DNA of 62,871 nucleotides, filler included, from Welwitschia mirabilis (lineage: Eukaryota), in NCBI GenBank assembly GCA_051453625.1. It is 5 parts of one record of this genome, joined end to end, with 100 filler letters (N's around TTAATTAATTAA, not from the genome) between each part and the next. Parts side by side here need not be neighbours in the genome. Positions count along the whole stretch, not along the records: positions 1 to 27,446 come from JBOZIK010000001.1; positions 27,547 to 40,337 come from JBOZIK010000001.1; 3 more parts are not named here. One strand, given 5' to 3'. Below, piece after piece: positions 26,932 through 40,437 of the stretch. A program made the position numbers and the translations under genes. The notes under the pieces were generated by a model. It had not been told where the DNA came from and did not search any database. It saw only the letters and a list, made by a program, of their open reading frames with translations. How positions within the stretch are numbered: the first letter of the stretch is position 1; the number at the start of each line of letters is the position of its first letter.

Positions 26932-27446
26932 ATTACCATATATATTCTATCAGTTTTTTTTTCTTCCCATTTTCCAAGGTGAGGATTACTTATTCANNNN
27001 NNNNNNNNNNNNNNNNNNNNNNNNNNNNNNNNNNNNNNNNNNNNNNNNNNNNNNNNNNNNNNNNNNNNNNNNNNNNNNNNNNNNNNNNNNNNNNNNCCAT
27101 TTTCCAAGGTGAGGATTACTTATTCAATGTCTGTAATGTATTAAAGGAAATCCTTATTATCTCCTACATTCAAAGTTAAGTAGGCATGTAAATTTTTGAG
27201 CTTGACATCATTTCTTGAGGTAGATTAAAAGGGGTTGGAATTACTTATTTCTTATTGGTTAACAATTCCCTTAGGGTTAGATTTACCTTAGGGGTAGAAG
27301 ATCCTATAACTTGTTTTTGCTTACAGGAGGTACTCAACATTGTAAATTGATTCTCTTTTTCTGTAGGGTTTTCATTAAGAAAATTTGACTCAAAAAATAA
27401 ATTTAGAAGGAGGTTAAGTACACCTAAAGATCACTTTTCCAATTCA
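26932..27446 (-). pseudogene. gag: Athila-like gag N-terminal fragment (host of the 24450-26931 insertion)
   Basis: Similar to 1220-1420 and 51450-51700. Confidence 0.7.
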
Positions 27447-27490
27447 NNNNNNNNNNNNNNNNNNNNNNNNNNNNNNNNNNNNNNNNNNNN

Positions 27491-27502
27491 TTAATTAATT
27501 AA
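27491..27502. other. Artificial six-frame-stop contig linker
   Basis: TTAATTAATTAA centred in a 100-nt spacer (44 N on each side). Confidence 0.95.
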
Positions 27503-27546
27503 NNNNNNNNNNNNNNNNNNNNNNNNNNNNNNNNNNNNNNNNNNNN

Positions 27547-28504
27547 AACTATTTTAATGTGTAATGCAAATTATTAAAGAAAGATGAGATGCAAGCCTAT
27601 GATAACCAAATTTTTGAGTTATTGTCACCTAACTCAACCTTATGACCTATGTCTAATTTAGTACTAATCTAAGAAAATATCATTAATTAAAATTCAATAC
27701 AAATCATAAGAAAATTTATAAGATTTGAAGAAAAAGACATTTGATTAATTGAATTAAATGTCTTATCATACCTTAACAAGGTAGTAACCCCTTAATGTCA
27801 GAAGCACAACCTAATCACCAAGAATGATCTCTCCTATGCTGAAATGGACCCTTAACTCCTTGGATGCCTTTGTCACCAATTCTCCAATGTCAAAAAGATG
27901 ACTAAATGATGCCAAATGGGGGTTTTTATAGCTTTCCTAAGATGTTTACGAGTCAAGGAGGTCAGTACAGGTGAAGAGGCAACATTAGATATANNNNNNN
28001 NNNNNNNNNNNNNNNNNNNNNNNNNNNNNNNNNACTGCCATATCACTATTATTGTGGGGACGACATGTGACATGACACCCCTTCATCATCCAATCATAAC
28101 CCGCTACATTAAAAACTCATTAGAATGTGAATTTGATCATTAATAGATATGTCATCTCTTGTGTCATGGGGACAATAAATGTCATGTCTTCACGCCATGT
28201 CAGCCTTGTTAAATCAGCTTACATAAGCTTGCTTCGAAGGCCTTCATCCTCTTAGTCGTGTCCTATGTTGTGGGGACAACATCGGAAATGACAGTCATTT
28301 TATTGATGTTTTCCTTCACTTTTTACTCCACTTTTTCCTTAGTTGAAGTCTTTTTTTTTAGATGAAAATATGGCATTTAAGGTTGTAATTAGATAGTTAG
28401 ATCAGTTCATAACAAAATGCCTAAAAATAACTAAATTGAGTTCCTATTCCCTATAAAACATTGCTAATTACACCATTAAAACATGATAATTTAGGATCAC
28501 AATA
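27547..28504 (-). repeat. Partial Athila-like LTR abutting the extra ORF
   Basis: Ends GGATCACAATA; minus-strand TATA ggtttttatag ~27920; ggggacgac motifs; no PPT follows. Confidence 0.72.
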
Positions 28505-29555
28505 GTGTTTTACTCTCCTCTTGATAGATAGGACCCACCACTCAATTATCTGCTCAAGGATCTATGTCCTCTAATCAAGTCCTTGGATACTATTATCAAT
28601 GAAACCTTTGATGGTACTGATGGTCTCAGCTAAAAGAGCTTGAATCTGCTCTAGAAAAGCTCCAACCGTAGGTCTCTATACCTAAGGTCTCTCTGTCTCT
28701 CTTGGTACTTGTATATCCATATCTTATAAATAATAAGTAGAAGTTTGAATATGTGAGATACACTACTCACTTATTGGCTTTAATGTCCCAAATTATTTAA
28801 AAAGAGCTAAGAGAAGGCATGAATAGTCAAGTGTCTATAAATATTGTGCCTCAATCATAAACCTAAATCTCCTCCAAATAAAAGTGAAAAAGTCCATTTG
28901 CTTCCTTTGATAAAAAGATACCAGAATCTGTAAGTTTGCCATCATAACATAACTATCATAAAATAATGGATTGATATTATGAATTAGTCCTCTATGAAAA
29001 ACTCTATATTCATGAGTTAGCTAAGTAACATTTGCCACCCATCGATTTGTTGTCAAATCTGATAGTATATCTAATATGGTGCCATAGGATTGATGCTCCT
29101 CTGTTCCACTAGATAAATGTATAAATATACTACCAAGTCCTCCAAGATCTATAATGATTGCAATGTGAGATGGTAGGATAGCTATCTCGTGGTCTCAAAT
29201 GAAAGCAACCATCATATCCTAGAGCTAACCACAATCTTCAGGTCACCTTTTTATAATGCATGATATCATAAAACTCTCTCATCTCTAAAGCATAATATGA
29301 ATCATATGCATCTGTGATCCATTTGAGCCATAAATCTATCAACCTCTAATCTATCTTTGGCTCTATATGGCTCATAAAGTCTCTAAAATATCTCTTGACA
29401 TGAATACTAGCTGTCTAAATACTCAAGGATCATCCGTGTTGACGTGGTGGATGTGTGGGCTTCACACGCTCTATTTCAGGCTCAACTAAAGGGTCTACCT
29501 CCTACTTTATAGGCTTAGCCATAACCTCTACCTATCTAGTTCTACGTGTACATGA
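28505..29555 (-). pseudogene. Athila extra ('env-like') ORF, decayed
   Basis: Its reverse complement aligns with 41910-42950. Confidence 0.75.
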
Positions 29556-32500
29556 CCTACTCAATTAAAAACACACAATCATCATGTAAAAATAGATAGA
29601 CAAAAATGTCACATGGATGTGTAATAAAGACCCCCTAAAAGCAATGAAAAACTGGCAAAAATACTGAAAATATGTCTTACCCCTTCTAAAAAATGCAATG
29701 CATCATAAATTTCCTAAATGTGAGAGAAAAACAAAGAGAAATGGGAAAAGTGTAAAAACTGAATTTCTTGTGGGCCCCACATGAAGTGAAAATTCAAAGT
29801 ACTTAAATGAAAAATATAATCCAACAAAATAGTAGAATACATCAAAATAATTAATTTTGCCTAAATGACCTCTATGATTTGACCTATGATTTGTGAGAAA
29901 ATGAGTGCGAAAGGTAAAAACCTGAAAATACCTTATAATATACAAAAATAATCATAACTCAAAAAATACATAGTGAAATTCAAATCTATAAGTCCCAAAA
30001 TGAAGANNNNNNNNNNNNNNNNNNNNNNNNNNNNNNNNNNNNNNNNNNNNNNNNNNNNNNNNNNNNNNNNNNNNNNNNNNNNNNNNNNNNNNNNNNNNNN
30101 NNNNNNGCACATGAATTCTCTAAAATATCTCTTGACATGAATACTAGCTGTCTGAATACTCAAGGATCGTCCATGTCAAGGTGGCGGATGCATGGACTCA
30201 CACACTCTATCTTAGGCTTGACCAAAGGGCTCACTTCCTACTCTATAAGCTTAGCCATGGCCTTGTCCTATCTAGCTTTATGCATATGTGGACTACTCAA
30301 TCAGAAACATAAAATCATAATGCAAAAATAGATAAATAAGTCAAAACATCACATGGATGAGTAATAACGATCCCTAAAAACAATAAAAAATAAGTAAAAA
30401 TACTAAAAATATATCTTTCCCCCTAAAAGATGCAATGCATTTTGAATTGCTTAAACATGAGGAAAAAATGGAGAGAAAAAGGGAAAAGTACAAAAATTAA
30501 ATATTTTAGTGGGCCCCATAGGAGGTAAAAAAAATCGAAGTACTCCAATGAAAAATCTAATCTAGCAAAGTCATAGAACACGTCAAATTGATCAATTTTG
30601 CATAAAGGACTAGTATGATTTGACGTACAATTTATAAGAAAATGAGTGCGAAAGGTAAAAATATGAAAATACCTCATAATATGCAAAACTAATCATAATG
30701 CAAAAAATATGTAGTGAATTCAAATACTTAAGTTCTAAAATGAAGAGTATAAAAAATTGAATAATATATGTGAAAACTGCATCTCAAAAGGCTAAAAAAT
30801 AGGAGAAAAAAGGAAAAATAGAAGGAGAAAGAAACACATCTCATTTTTTCAAATTTAATGAGATCTTATGAATCTAGTAACAAAATTAAGAAAGATAAGT
30901 CCTAAGATGCTGTGCTAGCCAGAGGGTCATCATCTCTTATAAGAATAGAAGAAAACAACAAGAAAATAAGTGAAAATAAGGAACAAGATTTTGAGCTAGA
31001 GTTTTAACATGCTATGATCCAATCGCATTGTATGGATGACAACCCTAAGATGAATCTCAGAAAAAATCAGACTATCATCTACCACAGTGTCATCTGGATG
31101 ACCAGGTGGATGATAAGGCATCAAAAATATTTTTAGAATAAAAAGATCAACCATAAAAGTTAGGCTCAGATATGATCATTTAAGTGACAGTTCTAAAAAA
31201 GAAAAAGACAGAAAACAGAAAATCACATGAAAGATCAAGAAAAACCAGGAAAACCAAAGAAAAAGGATAAATAAAAACAAAAGAAAAATCTATGGATAAA
31301 GAAAATAAACTATCTAGGTTAAAAACCTATAATAAAAATTGCATGAATGTGCTTAAATAGAACATAAAAGGATGGTAAACTTAGAACCTGACAACCTAGA
31401 AGGAAAACCATAAAGATTCGAAAAAATTTTAGATGTGTTTTAAGAAAATTTTTTTATCATTATTAAATAACAAGAAAACTACTAAATGATTAAGATTCTA
31501 TGAAGAAGTAAGAAAATGTGGAAATGACTTTAAAATCCTAAACTCAAAAACCAAAGAAAAACAGATTGAAAAATGGACATAAGGAACAAGGGGAAGATTG
31601 TTTACTTATCCTAAGTACTAATCTAGCAAACTTTTAAGGAAAACATAATAACCTCACTTAAATAAATATGCATGACAAAATGTATTAACTCTATAAAGTT
31701 CATTTAAAAAGGTAATGGTTATGATAATAGTCAAAGCTTTAAGTCTATCGAATAATGAATGTCAAAATCAAAAGTTACTTAGAAATGAACTCATCTACTC
31801 TCATCCCATAAACTCACCTGAATATCCAAAAGTAAAATGATAAAGTAATAATACTAAGAGCCTAGGAAATAAGCAATGCATATAATGACACTAGGAACAT
31901 TATTGACTCTTAACCTTAAAAGTTTTTATTTTTTTTTTCCATGATAAAGAGAGTGTAACCACTGTCAGAGGAGTAAGGACCCTTGAAGCATAGCCAACTG
32001 ACCCCTTAGTGGATTTCCCAAAGCTACCAACACTACCAAAGGTTCCTTTTGGAAATATTTACCCTAGTGTGATAGAGCATCATGATGATCATGTATTTTT
32101 CTTTAAAGCACAAATTACAATAACTCATGATCATTATTTCTCTCTTTTTCTTTCTACTAAAATTTCCACATGATCATACATTAAAAAAGATGAAGGTGAA
32201 TAAGTGAGATAAATGATAGAAAAAAACACTTCCAAACAACCCAAGATTTTAACATCGTTGAAAAAAACACAAGAAACTAATAAATCTTCTTTCAAGATTA
32301 AGTNNNNNNNNNNNNNNNNNNNNNNNNNNNNNNNNNNNNNNNNNNNNNNNNNNNNNNNNNNNNNNNNNNNNNNNNNNNNNNNNNNNNNNNNNNNNNNNNN
32401 NNNNNNNNNNNNNNNNNNNNNNNNNNNNNNNNNNNNNNNNNNNNNNNNNNNNNNNNNNNNNNNNNNNNNNNNNNNNNNNNNNNNNNNNNNNNNNNNNNNN

Positions 32501-35500
32501 NNNNNNNNNNNNNNNNNNNNNNNNNNNNNNNNNNNNNNNNNNNNNNNNNNNNNNNNNNNNNNNNNNNNNNNNNNNNNNNNNNNNNNNNNNNNNNNNNNNN
32601 NNNNNNNNNNNNNNNNNNNNNNNNNNNNNNNNNNNNNNNNNNNNNNNNNNNNNNNNNNNNNNNNNNNNNNNNNNNNNNNNNNNNNNNNNNNNNNNNNNNN
32701 NNNNNNNNNNNNNNNNNNNNNNNNNNNNNNNNNNNNNNNNNNNNNNNNNNNNNNNNNNNNNNNNNNNNNNNNNNNNNNNNNNNNNNNNNNNNNNNNNNNN
32801 NNNNNNNNNNNNNNNNNNNNNNNNNNNNNNNNNNNNNNNNNNNNNNNNNNNNNNNNNNNNNNNNNNNNNNNNNNNNNNNNNNNNNNNNNNNNNNNNNNNN
32901 NNNNNNNNNNNNNNNNNNNNNNNNNNNNNNNNNNNNNNNNNNNNNNNNNNNNNNNNNNNNNNNNNNNNNNNNNNNNNNNNNNNNNNNNNNNNNNNNNNNN
33001 NNNNNNNNNNNNNNNNNNNNNNNNNNNNNNNNNNNNNNNNNNNNNNNNNNNNNNNNNNNNNNNNNNNNNNNNNNNNNNNNNNNNNNNNNNNNNNNNNNNN
33101 NNNNNNNNNNTTAGAAAATGATAGAAAGAAAGTTCTCCTTCCCAAGGAGAACCTCCAAAATAAGTTATTCTACTATGTTTATGGTTGTATTTAAAGATCC
33201 CTCATATAATTTCAACCATTGCTTATTAACCTTATAAATATCTTTAGTTTCTAAATCTAAAATTTTAATTAAGCCATTAAAATGCACTTTCTCTATAAGA
33301 TAAGGATCTAATCATTTAGAGGTCAACTTGTTATTCAAAAGGTGTACTCTAGTATTAAATAACAATACAAGATGGTTAGGTTAAAACTTTTTATAAAAAA
33401 TCATTTTGTTATATTTGAACTTTACTTGGGCTTTATGGATTAATTAAAGATGTATGACACTAGTTCTTTTTTCATCAAGATGATCTAACTAGGCTAATCT
33501 ATACTTACGATNNNNNNNNNNNNNNNNNNNNNNNNNNNNNNNNNNNNNNNNNNNNNNNNNNNNNNNNNNNNNNNNNNNNNNNNNNNNNNNNNNNNNNNNN
33601 NNNNNNNNNNNNNNNNNNNNNNNNNNNNNNNNNNNNNNNNNNNNNNNNNNNNNNNNNNNNNNNNNNNNNNNNNNNNNNNNNNNNNNNNNNNNNNNNNNNN
33701 NNNNNNNNNNNNNNNNNNNNNNNNNNNNNNNNNNNNNNNNNNNNNNNNNNNNNNNNNNNNNNNNNNNNNNNNNNNNNNNNNNNNNNNNNNNNNNNNNNNN
33801 NNNNNNNNNNNNNNNNNNNNNNNNNNNNNNNNNNNNNNNNNNNNNNNNNNNNNNNNNNNNNNNNNNNNNNNNNNNNNNNNNNNNNNNNNNNNNNNNNNNN
33901 NNNNNNNNNNNNNNNNNNNNNNNNNNNNNNNNNNNNNNNNNNNNNNNNNNNNNNNNNNNNNNNNNNNNNNNNNNNNNNNNNNNNNNNNNNNNNNNNNNNN
34001 NNNNNNNNNNNNNNNNNNNNNNNNNNNNNNNNNNNNNNNNNNNNNNNNNNNNNNNNNNNNNNNNNNNNNNNNNNNNNNNNNNNNNNNNNNNNNNNNNNNN
34101 NNNNNNNNNNNNNNNNNNNNNNNNNNNNNNNNNNNNNNNNNNNNNNNNNNNNNNNAAGATAAAAAACTAAGAATAAGTATGCCAAGTAGTATGGTAAGCC
34201 TAAAGTATATTATTAAGCTTAAAAGCCTAAGAGTTTTTATTAATAGAGACAAGTCCTTTGAGCATTTTATTTATTTCTCTGTTGGCAATTTCAGCCTATC
34301 CATTAGTCTTAAGATGATAAGCACAAGCTACTCTATGTTCTATACCAATGGACAAAAGAAGTTTCTTAAAAAGTATATTAATGAAATGATTACATCGATC
34401 ACTAATGATAACTCTAGGAAAACCAAATCTCTAAAATATATGAGGTCTAAGAAAATGATAGATAGTTTGGACATTACTCAAAGAAGTAGGTATGGCTTTA
34501 ATTCATTTATTCACATAATCTGTAGCCACTAAAATGTAATTTTTATTAAAATAATGTGGATGAATAAGGCTATGAAATCAATACCCCAATAATCAAAAGG
34601 TTCTAATTCAAGAATAGGTCTAAGGGGCATTTTCTGTAAATGAACAAGACTACTATAATGCTTACAAGGATCACATCTTATAACAAAATTCAATAAATCA
34701 TGAAAAAGAAAAGGTCAGTAAAAACTAGAATGAAGGATTTCCATCATAGTTTTATGTCCACTAAAAGGTCCTCCACAAATACTAGCATGACAAAGATAAA
34801 GAATCTCAGGTATCTCCCAATCAATTATACATTTTCTCATGATTTGGTCTTTCCATGTATAGTATAAATGTGGCTCAATCCACTCCTAGTCACCTATCTT
34901 ATGGAGAAAATATTTGCATTGATTATAGATCTAATGTTCTAGTGTTTTCATGATTACAAAATAGTTCACAATGTCAGCATATCATGAAGGAGAATGAGAA
35001 TAAGAAATAGTAAAAAGCTACTTATTAGGAAAAGAATCATCAATGATTATATCATCTAAAAAAGAAGGAAGTTAAGTTGAATGATCGGCAATAGAATTAT
35101 GCTTTTCTGCTTTATCTATGATGTCTAAGTTAAACTATTGCATAAGAAGAATTCATCTAATAAAATGGGCACTATAATATTTCTTGGTCATGAAGTAATG
35201 AATGGCATCATGCTCGATGTAAACATTTATGTAAAAGCCTAAAAGATAATGTCTAAGAGAATCAAAGCAAAAGATAATGGATGGCATCTCTTTCTCTGTA
35301 ATGATATAGTTCATTTGAGCTCTAGAAAAATATTTTCTATGATAAGATATAACTTTAAAATCATTCTCATATTTCTGACAANNNNNNNNNNNNNNNNNNN
35401 NNNNNNNNNNNNNNNNNNNNNNNNNNNNNNNNNNNNNNNNNNNNNNNNNNNNNNNNNNNNNNNNNNNNNNNNNNNNNNNNNGTTCATTTGAGCTCTAGAA

Positions 35501-36043
35501 AAATATTTTCTATGATAAGATATAACTTTAAAATCATTATCATATTTTTGATAAAAAACCTCACCCATGACAAAGTTACTTGCATCATACATAAGCTCAA
35601 AATCAAGTACCCAATCAGGTCCTGTAACTATAGGAGTATAAGATAATTTACATTTAAGCCTACCAAAAGCAAGTTAACAAGATTTATTCTATTCAAATTT
35701 GACATCTTTCTCTAGTAATGAGTAAAGGGGTTTACAAATAGAAGNNNNNNNNNNNNNNNNNNNNNNNNNNNNNNNNNNNNNNNNNNNNNNNNNNNNNNNN
35801 NNNNNNNNNNNNNNNNNNNNNNNNNNNNNNNNNNNNNNNNNNNNGTATAAGATAATTTACATTTAAGCCTAACAAAAGCAAGTTAACAAGATTTATTCTA
35901 TTCAAATTTGGCATCTTTCTCTAGTAATGAGTAAAGGGGTTTACAAATAGAAGCATAATCATGAATGAATGTATGATAAAAACCACAATAGCCAAGGAAA
36001 TATTAGACATGATTGATATTTATAGGAGGACCAAGATTTTTAA

Positions 36044-37528
36044 TGTTATGGTGTAAATTTATGCAATCCTGAAGTCCTTTAGGTAAACCTATAAACTTAC
36101 AAAAAAACACATGCTAGTATAGATATGAGTTCACTCAAATTTCGTAATCTAATAAAGACACTAGGCTCAGAGTTAGAGGATTGATTTTCAAAGGTATTTT
36201 TTAGTCTTTTATCTTTTACTGACTGAAAGTAAATAATAAAGGAAATGCAATGCAAAATAAATGAATATGAAATGCAAGTAAATGAAAGTAAAAATGAAAT
36301 GGATTCACTTAGTTCCTGATCTTTCTATTACAAGGACTAGCTTCTAGCCTTTCTATCATAAAGACTATCCTTCTTGTAATTCATATTAATTAATAAGAGT
36401 ATCTACTAATTCTTAATCAATATAAATTGTGAGATCTACTAAGTAGAATATGCAATATGTAATATAGAATAAAATGGAAATGCCATGCAAACCTACTACT
36501 AACCAAGGTTAACCCTAACAAAGGTTTCCATCATAATTTAAATAAATCATAAAACTATTATTTAACTATAACTAACTTAAACCATAAGGGACATTCACAG
36601 AATTGTAATAAAGAGAGTATTTATATTGATTCAAATAACTTTATATCCACTTACAATAAAATAACAGCACCTCAATGGAAGAGACACAACCTAACATCAA
36701 GGAAACCCCTTTCTGCAGCCACTAGATGGACCTTTTGCCTTTAAGCTTCTATCTCAAACATATCAAGTACAAAATATCATTTGGAATTAAAGGAGAAAAG
36801 GGTATTTATAGTTTTACAATGAACTTTAACCCTAGACGTTAGCGAGGAAAACCCTAACAGGCCACATGGGTCGCTTAACCCCATTTACAACAATATTTAT
36901 TATGAATATGTAAAAATAGTTGTCATCCCTTCTATCATAAGGATGACTAAGGGGATAGCACTACCTTTCCCCATTGGGTTGTATGCCCATGTGATACCAT
37001 TAGCCCTATGGGTTGTGTGCACATGTTACTGATGTTGTTATCCTACATGTCGTCTAGACAACTGAGGGGATGACGCCCTGCCATCATCTACTTTATGTGC
37101 TACTATTGGCCTTACAGCCTTTCTCCATGTGAATAAGGTCATCGTCCTATATGTCATGGGGACGACAAAGGGAATAATGCCACTTTCATCCCATGTGCAT
37201 GTGCTATCCATGTATTACCCATGTGCTACTCATTTGCAGTTGCTATAATGAGTAGTCATCCTAATTGTCATGGGGATGACAATGGGGACAACACCTTTTC
37301 CAAGCTTCTCAAGTAGAGTAAATCATCCTTATTCACCCTTAGTCTTTCTTCAATATGCTAAATATCAAAACATGTCTAAAATACCTCTAATTATGTCAAG
37401 AATTATGTATTTCTATGATCATCCTATCGTCTCTCCATAATCAATAGAATTGCATCAAATCCTATATAAATGTTTTACAAAAGTACTCCAAATACACCAT
37501 CAAATTTCTACAAATTAGCATCACAACA
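36044..37528 (-). mobile_element. Solo LTR (1485 bp) inserted in the RT/RH junction of element B
   Basis: TGTTATGGTG...CATCACAACA termini; flanks TTTAA/TTGAA (4/5 TSD); pol is continuous across it; no PBS or PPT. Confidence 0.88.
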
Positions 37529-40381
37529 TTGAATAATACCAACATTAGAAACATCTATCCTAATCCTCTCTTGAGAGATATGATAACCTAAAACAATGCC
37601 ACTCTCTATAAAAAAGGACTCTTTTCCCAACTCAAGTGGAGACCACTAGAAATGCATCAATTTAAGACTTTTTCTAAATAATCTAAGATTTATTCAAAAG
37701 TTTCAACATAAATAGAGAAGTCACCCATAAAATCTTAATGGAATTCTCAAGAATATCATAAAAGATACCGATCATAGCATGCTGAGAGGTACCAGGAGCA
37801 TTACAAGGTCCCAAAGGCATGTGTATAAAAGCAAAAGTACTAAAGAGAGAAGTAAAAGTAGTTTTGACTTGGTTCTCAGTAGTAATGAAAACCTAATTTT
37901 AACTGCTATAACTATTAAAGAAACAATAAAAAACATGACCCTAAATCCTATCAAGAATCTAATCAAGAAAAGATAAAGGATAATTATCTTTTTTAGTTAC
38001 CTCTATTAATTTTTAAAAGTCTATGCACATACACCATTTTTCATTCTTTTTAGGCACTACCATCAAGGGGCTAACCCACTCACTATCAGCAATGGAGTAA
38101 ATAATTCCAGCATTCATAAGTTTTATGCTTTCATCTTTTATAATTTGCTTAAGGGCTGAACTGAGTCTATATTAGGATTGCCTCATAAGTTTAGCATTTT
38201 CTTTGAAGTAGATTTTATGTTTTATAATGGAAGTTAGTATGGATATCAAATCATTATAAGATCAAGCAAACACATTTACCTTAGATTCCAAAAGAGATAT
38301 GAAACTCAATTCTTATTAAGGGTGTAGGTTTTTGTTAATAATTAATGATTTGTTTAAGTCACTATTCAGAAAAATGTATTTTAGTCCACTGTTTAAAGGT
38401 TTTAAGTTTAGGTTGAAGTTCAAATTTATTATTTCTGGAAAATTCTTAAAAATACTGACTATCATTTTAGACTATCATCTAGACCTCAGTAATGGATGAC
38501 CACCATTAAGACAAGAAATCTTGGATCTACTAAATTTTTGGACTTCTATACAGTTGGCAGACTTAGACTTACTACTCTTTAGATCAAAAACCTCAGTTGG
38601 TGGATGGTCAAATTTAAGTTAATCATTAAGAACATATAGGTAGTCTACTTCCAATCTATCATCAAACAAGATTGGCTTATAAAGCATGAATCATTTTTTC
38701 TCAAGTGAATGGTTCTATAAAAATAGAGTTGGCTTAATTTCTTTCTCCAAACACAAATCATTGCCTAAATATTTTTTAGCTGCATCAAATACTCTTATTG
38801 AAAATTGTTTATTTCTAAAATGGTACTTCATCAATTTGGTTCTTGTATCTATAATACAATGAGCTGTTGCATAGAAAGCTCTATCTAGAAGTAAATAATA
38901 TCCACCATAGTGCTTAAGTTCTAAAATAACTACATCAATGGGGTAGAAAGCTTCTTTTATCTAAATTATCAAGTCCTTGATCATACCTAATGGTTTCTTT
39001 ACAAAAGTATCGGCTAACTCCAAGATAATGCATGTAGGTTCTATTTTTTCTTTTAAACCAAGACGTTGACAATGTATAAGGGCATAATTTTAATACTATC
39101 TTCAATATCTATTAAGGCTTTAATTATTCTATGGTTTTTCTCTAAAGTAACACTTAGGGTTTCCACCCCTATATTTTTAAACTTTAGACATTTTTGATAG
39201 ACCAAGTTGCTAATATATTGAATTAGGAAGAATTTACTAAGGATGGTTTATTTTTGTTTTTTTTTAAATTAAGCCTTTCCATAGCTTAGAATATCTTAAG
39301 TTTTCTTATAAAAGTTTCAAAAAAGGTAAGTTGATGCTCAAATTTTGCATTAAGTCTTTAAATGATCATTAAAGCTAGGTTTTGTGTTAATCCTATCAAG
39401 CTATGGGATAGTAGGTTTCTTTTGTGAAAAATCTTTCTTTTTATTACTTAATGAAGAAGGGAAGGAATGGTTTTCTAGGATTTCTATGTCCTCTTCCTCA
39501 TTATTTTATCACTTTGTAATGTTGAAGCCTTATAGGTAGGAGGAGTTGTACCATTTCCACTTCTTATCATTACCTTACANNNNNNNNTTACTTTTTTAGG
39601 GTTCGGCAAAGGTTGAGTGGTAAAAAATCCTTGTGATTTTTAGTTAGTAAGCATGGTTTGTTGTAAAATGCTCACAAGGTTTTCTATATTAGTGTTTATC
39701 TTTTCTTAAGTTTTTCTCAACTTCTCAATGGAATTCTTAAGAGGATCACTATGGTTTTGGTAGTTGGATGGGCTTGTTAAGTTATTTGAGTTATTGGATT
39801 AAAAGTTTAAGTTCTTAAATATATTTATAAAAGGTTGGAAGTTAAGATGGTGTGTTTGAAAATTTCTAGAATTTGATTATTGATCATCATAAGTTGAAAG
39901 TTATTATAATTTTTTACTTGTCTTTGGTTGTGATTTTGATTATAGTTTAAATGTCTTTGGTTAAAGGCATAAACTTCCTCATAGATTTTCTCTTTGTAGG
40001 TAGGAAGCAAGGGACAATCTTTTGTAATATGGTAGCTATAACTACAACTTCGCTTTTCTTGGTTGTTACTTCAACATCAAGAATCATTTAGGTGTATTTT
40101 TCTAAGATAGAGGTGAAATCCTTAATGATACTAATTGGCTCATTTTTAGTTCTTGTTTCATGTTTTTCATGTTTTACCTCTTTTAGATCTTTAATGATTT
40201 GGCCTACAATTTAGTTTTCTCTAGGTGAGGGTTTAGGCCACGTTTGACTTACTTTTACCAAATCTTCCAATACCTTTCAAGCATCATCTAGGATTTGAAA
40301 CAGGTTTCATCCATAAGAATAATCTATAAATTACTTTNNNNNNNNNNNNNNNNNNNNNNNNNNNNNNNNNNNNNNNNNNNN

Positions 40382-40393
40382 TTAATTAATTAA
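40382..40393. other. Artificial contig linker
   Basis: TTAATTAATTAA inside an N spacer. Confidence 0.95.
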
Positions 40394-40437
40394 NNNNNNN
40401 NNNNNNNNNNNNNNNNNNNNNNNNNNNNNNNNNNNNN

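Larger units (their letters stand above)
28505..40337 (-). mobile_element. Athila-like element B internal region (gag, PR, RT, RH, INT, 3' non-coding region, extra ORF); gapped
   Basis: Collinear minus-strand domains: ALIDIEDSIKIMP (~39080-39118), FMGDFS (~37720), GIVLGYHIS (~37580-37600), YDASNFVMG (35311..35592), INT 34160-35000, GPY/F-like motif ~33300. Confidence 0.85.

Noticed and set aside
32213..34252. Long ORFs of 226-302 aa (also 8282..8659 and 49115..49693)
   Set aside because: They are read-through of N gaps.
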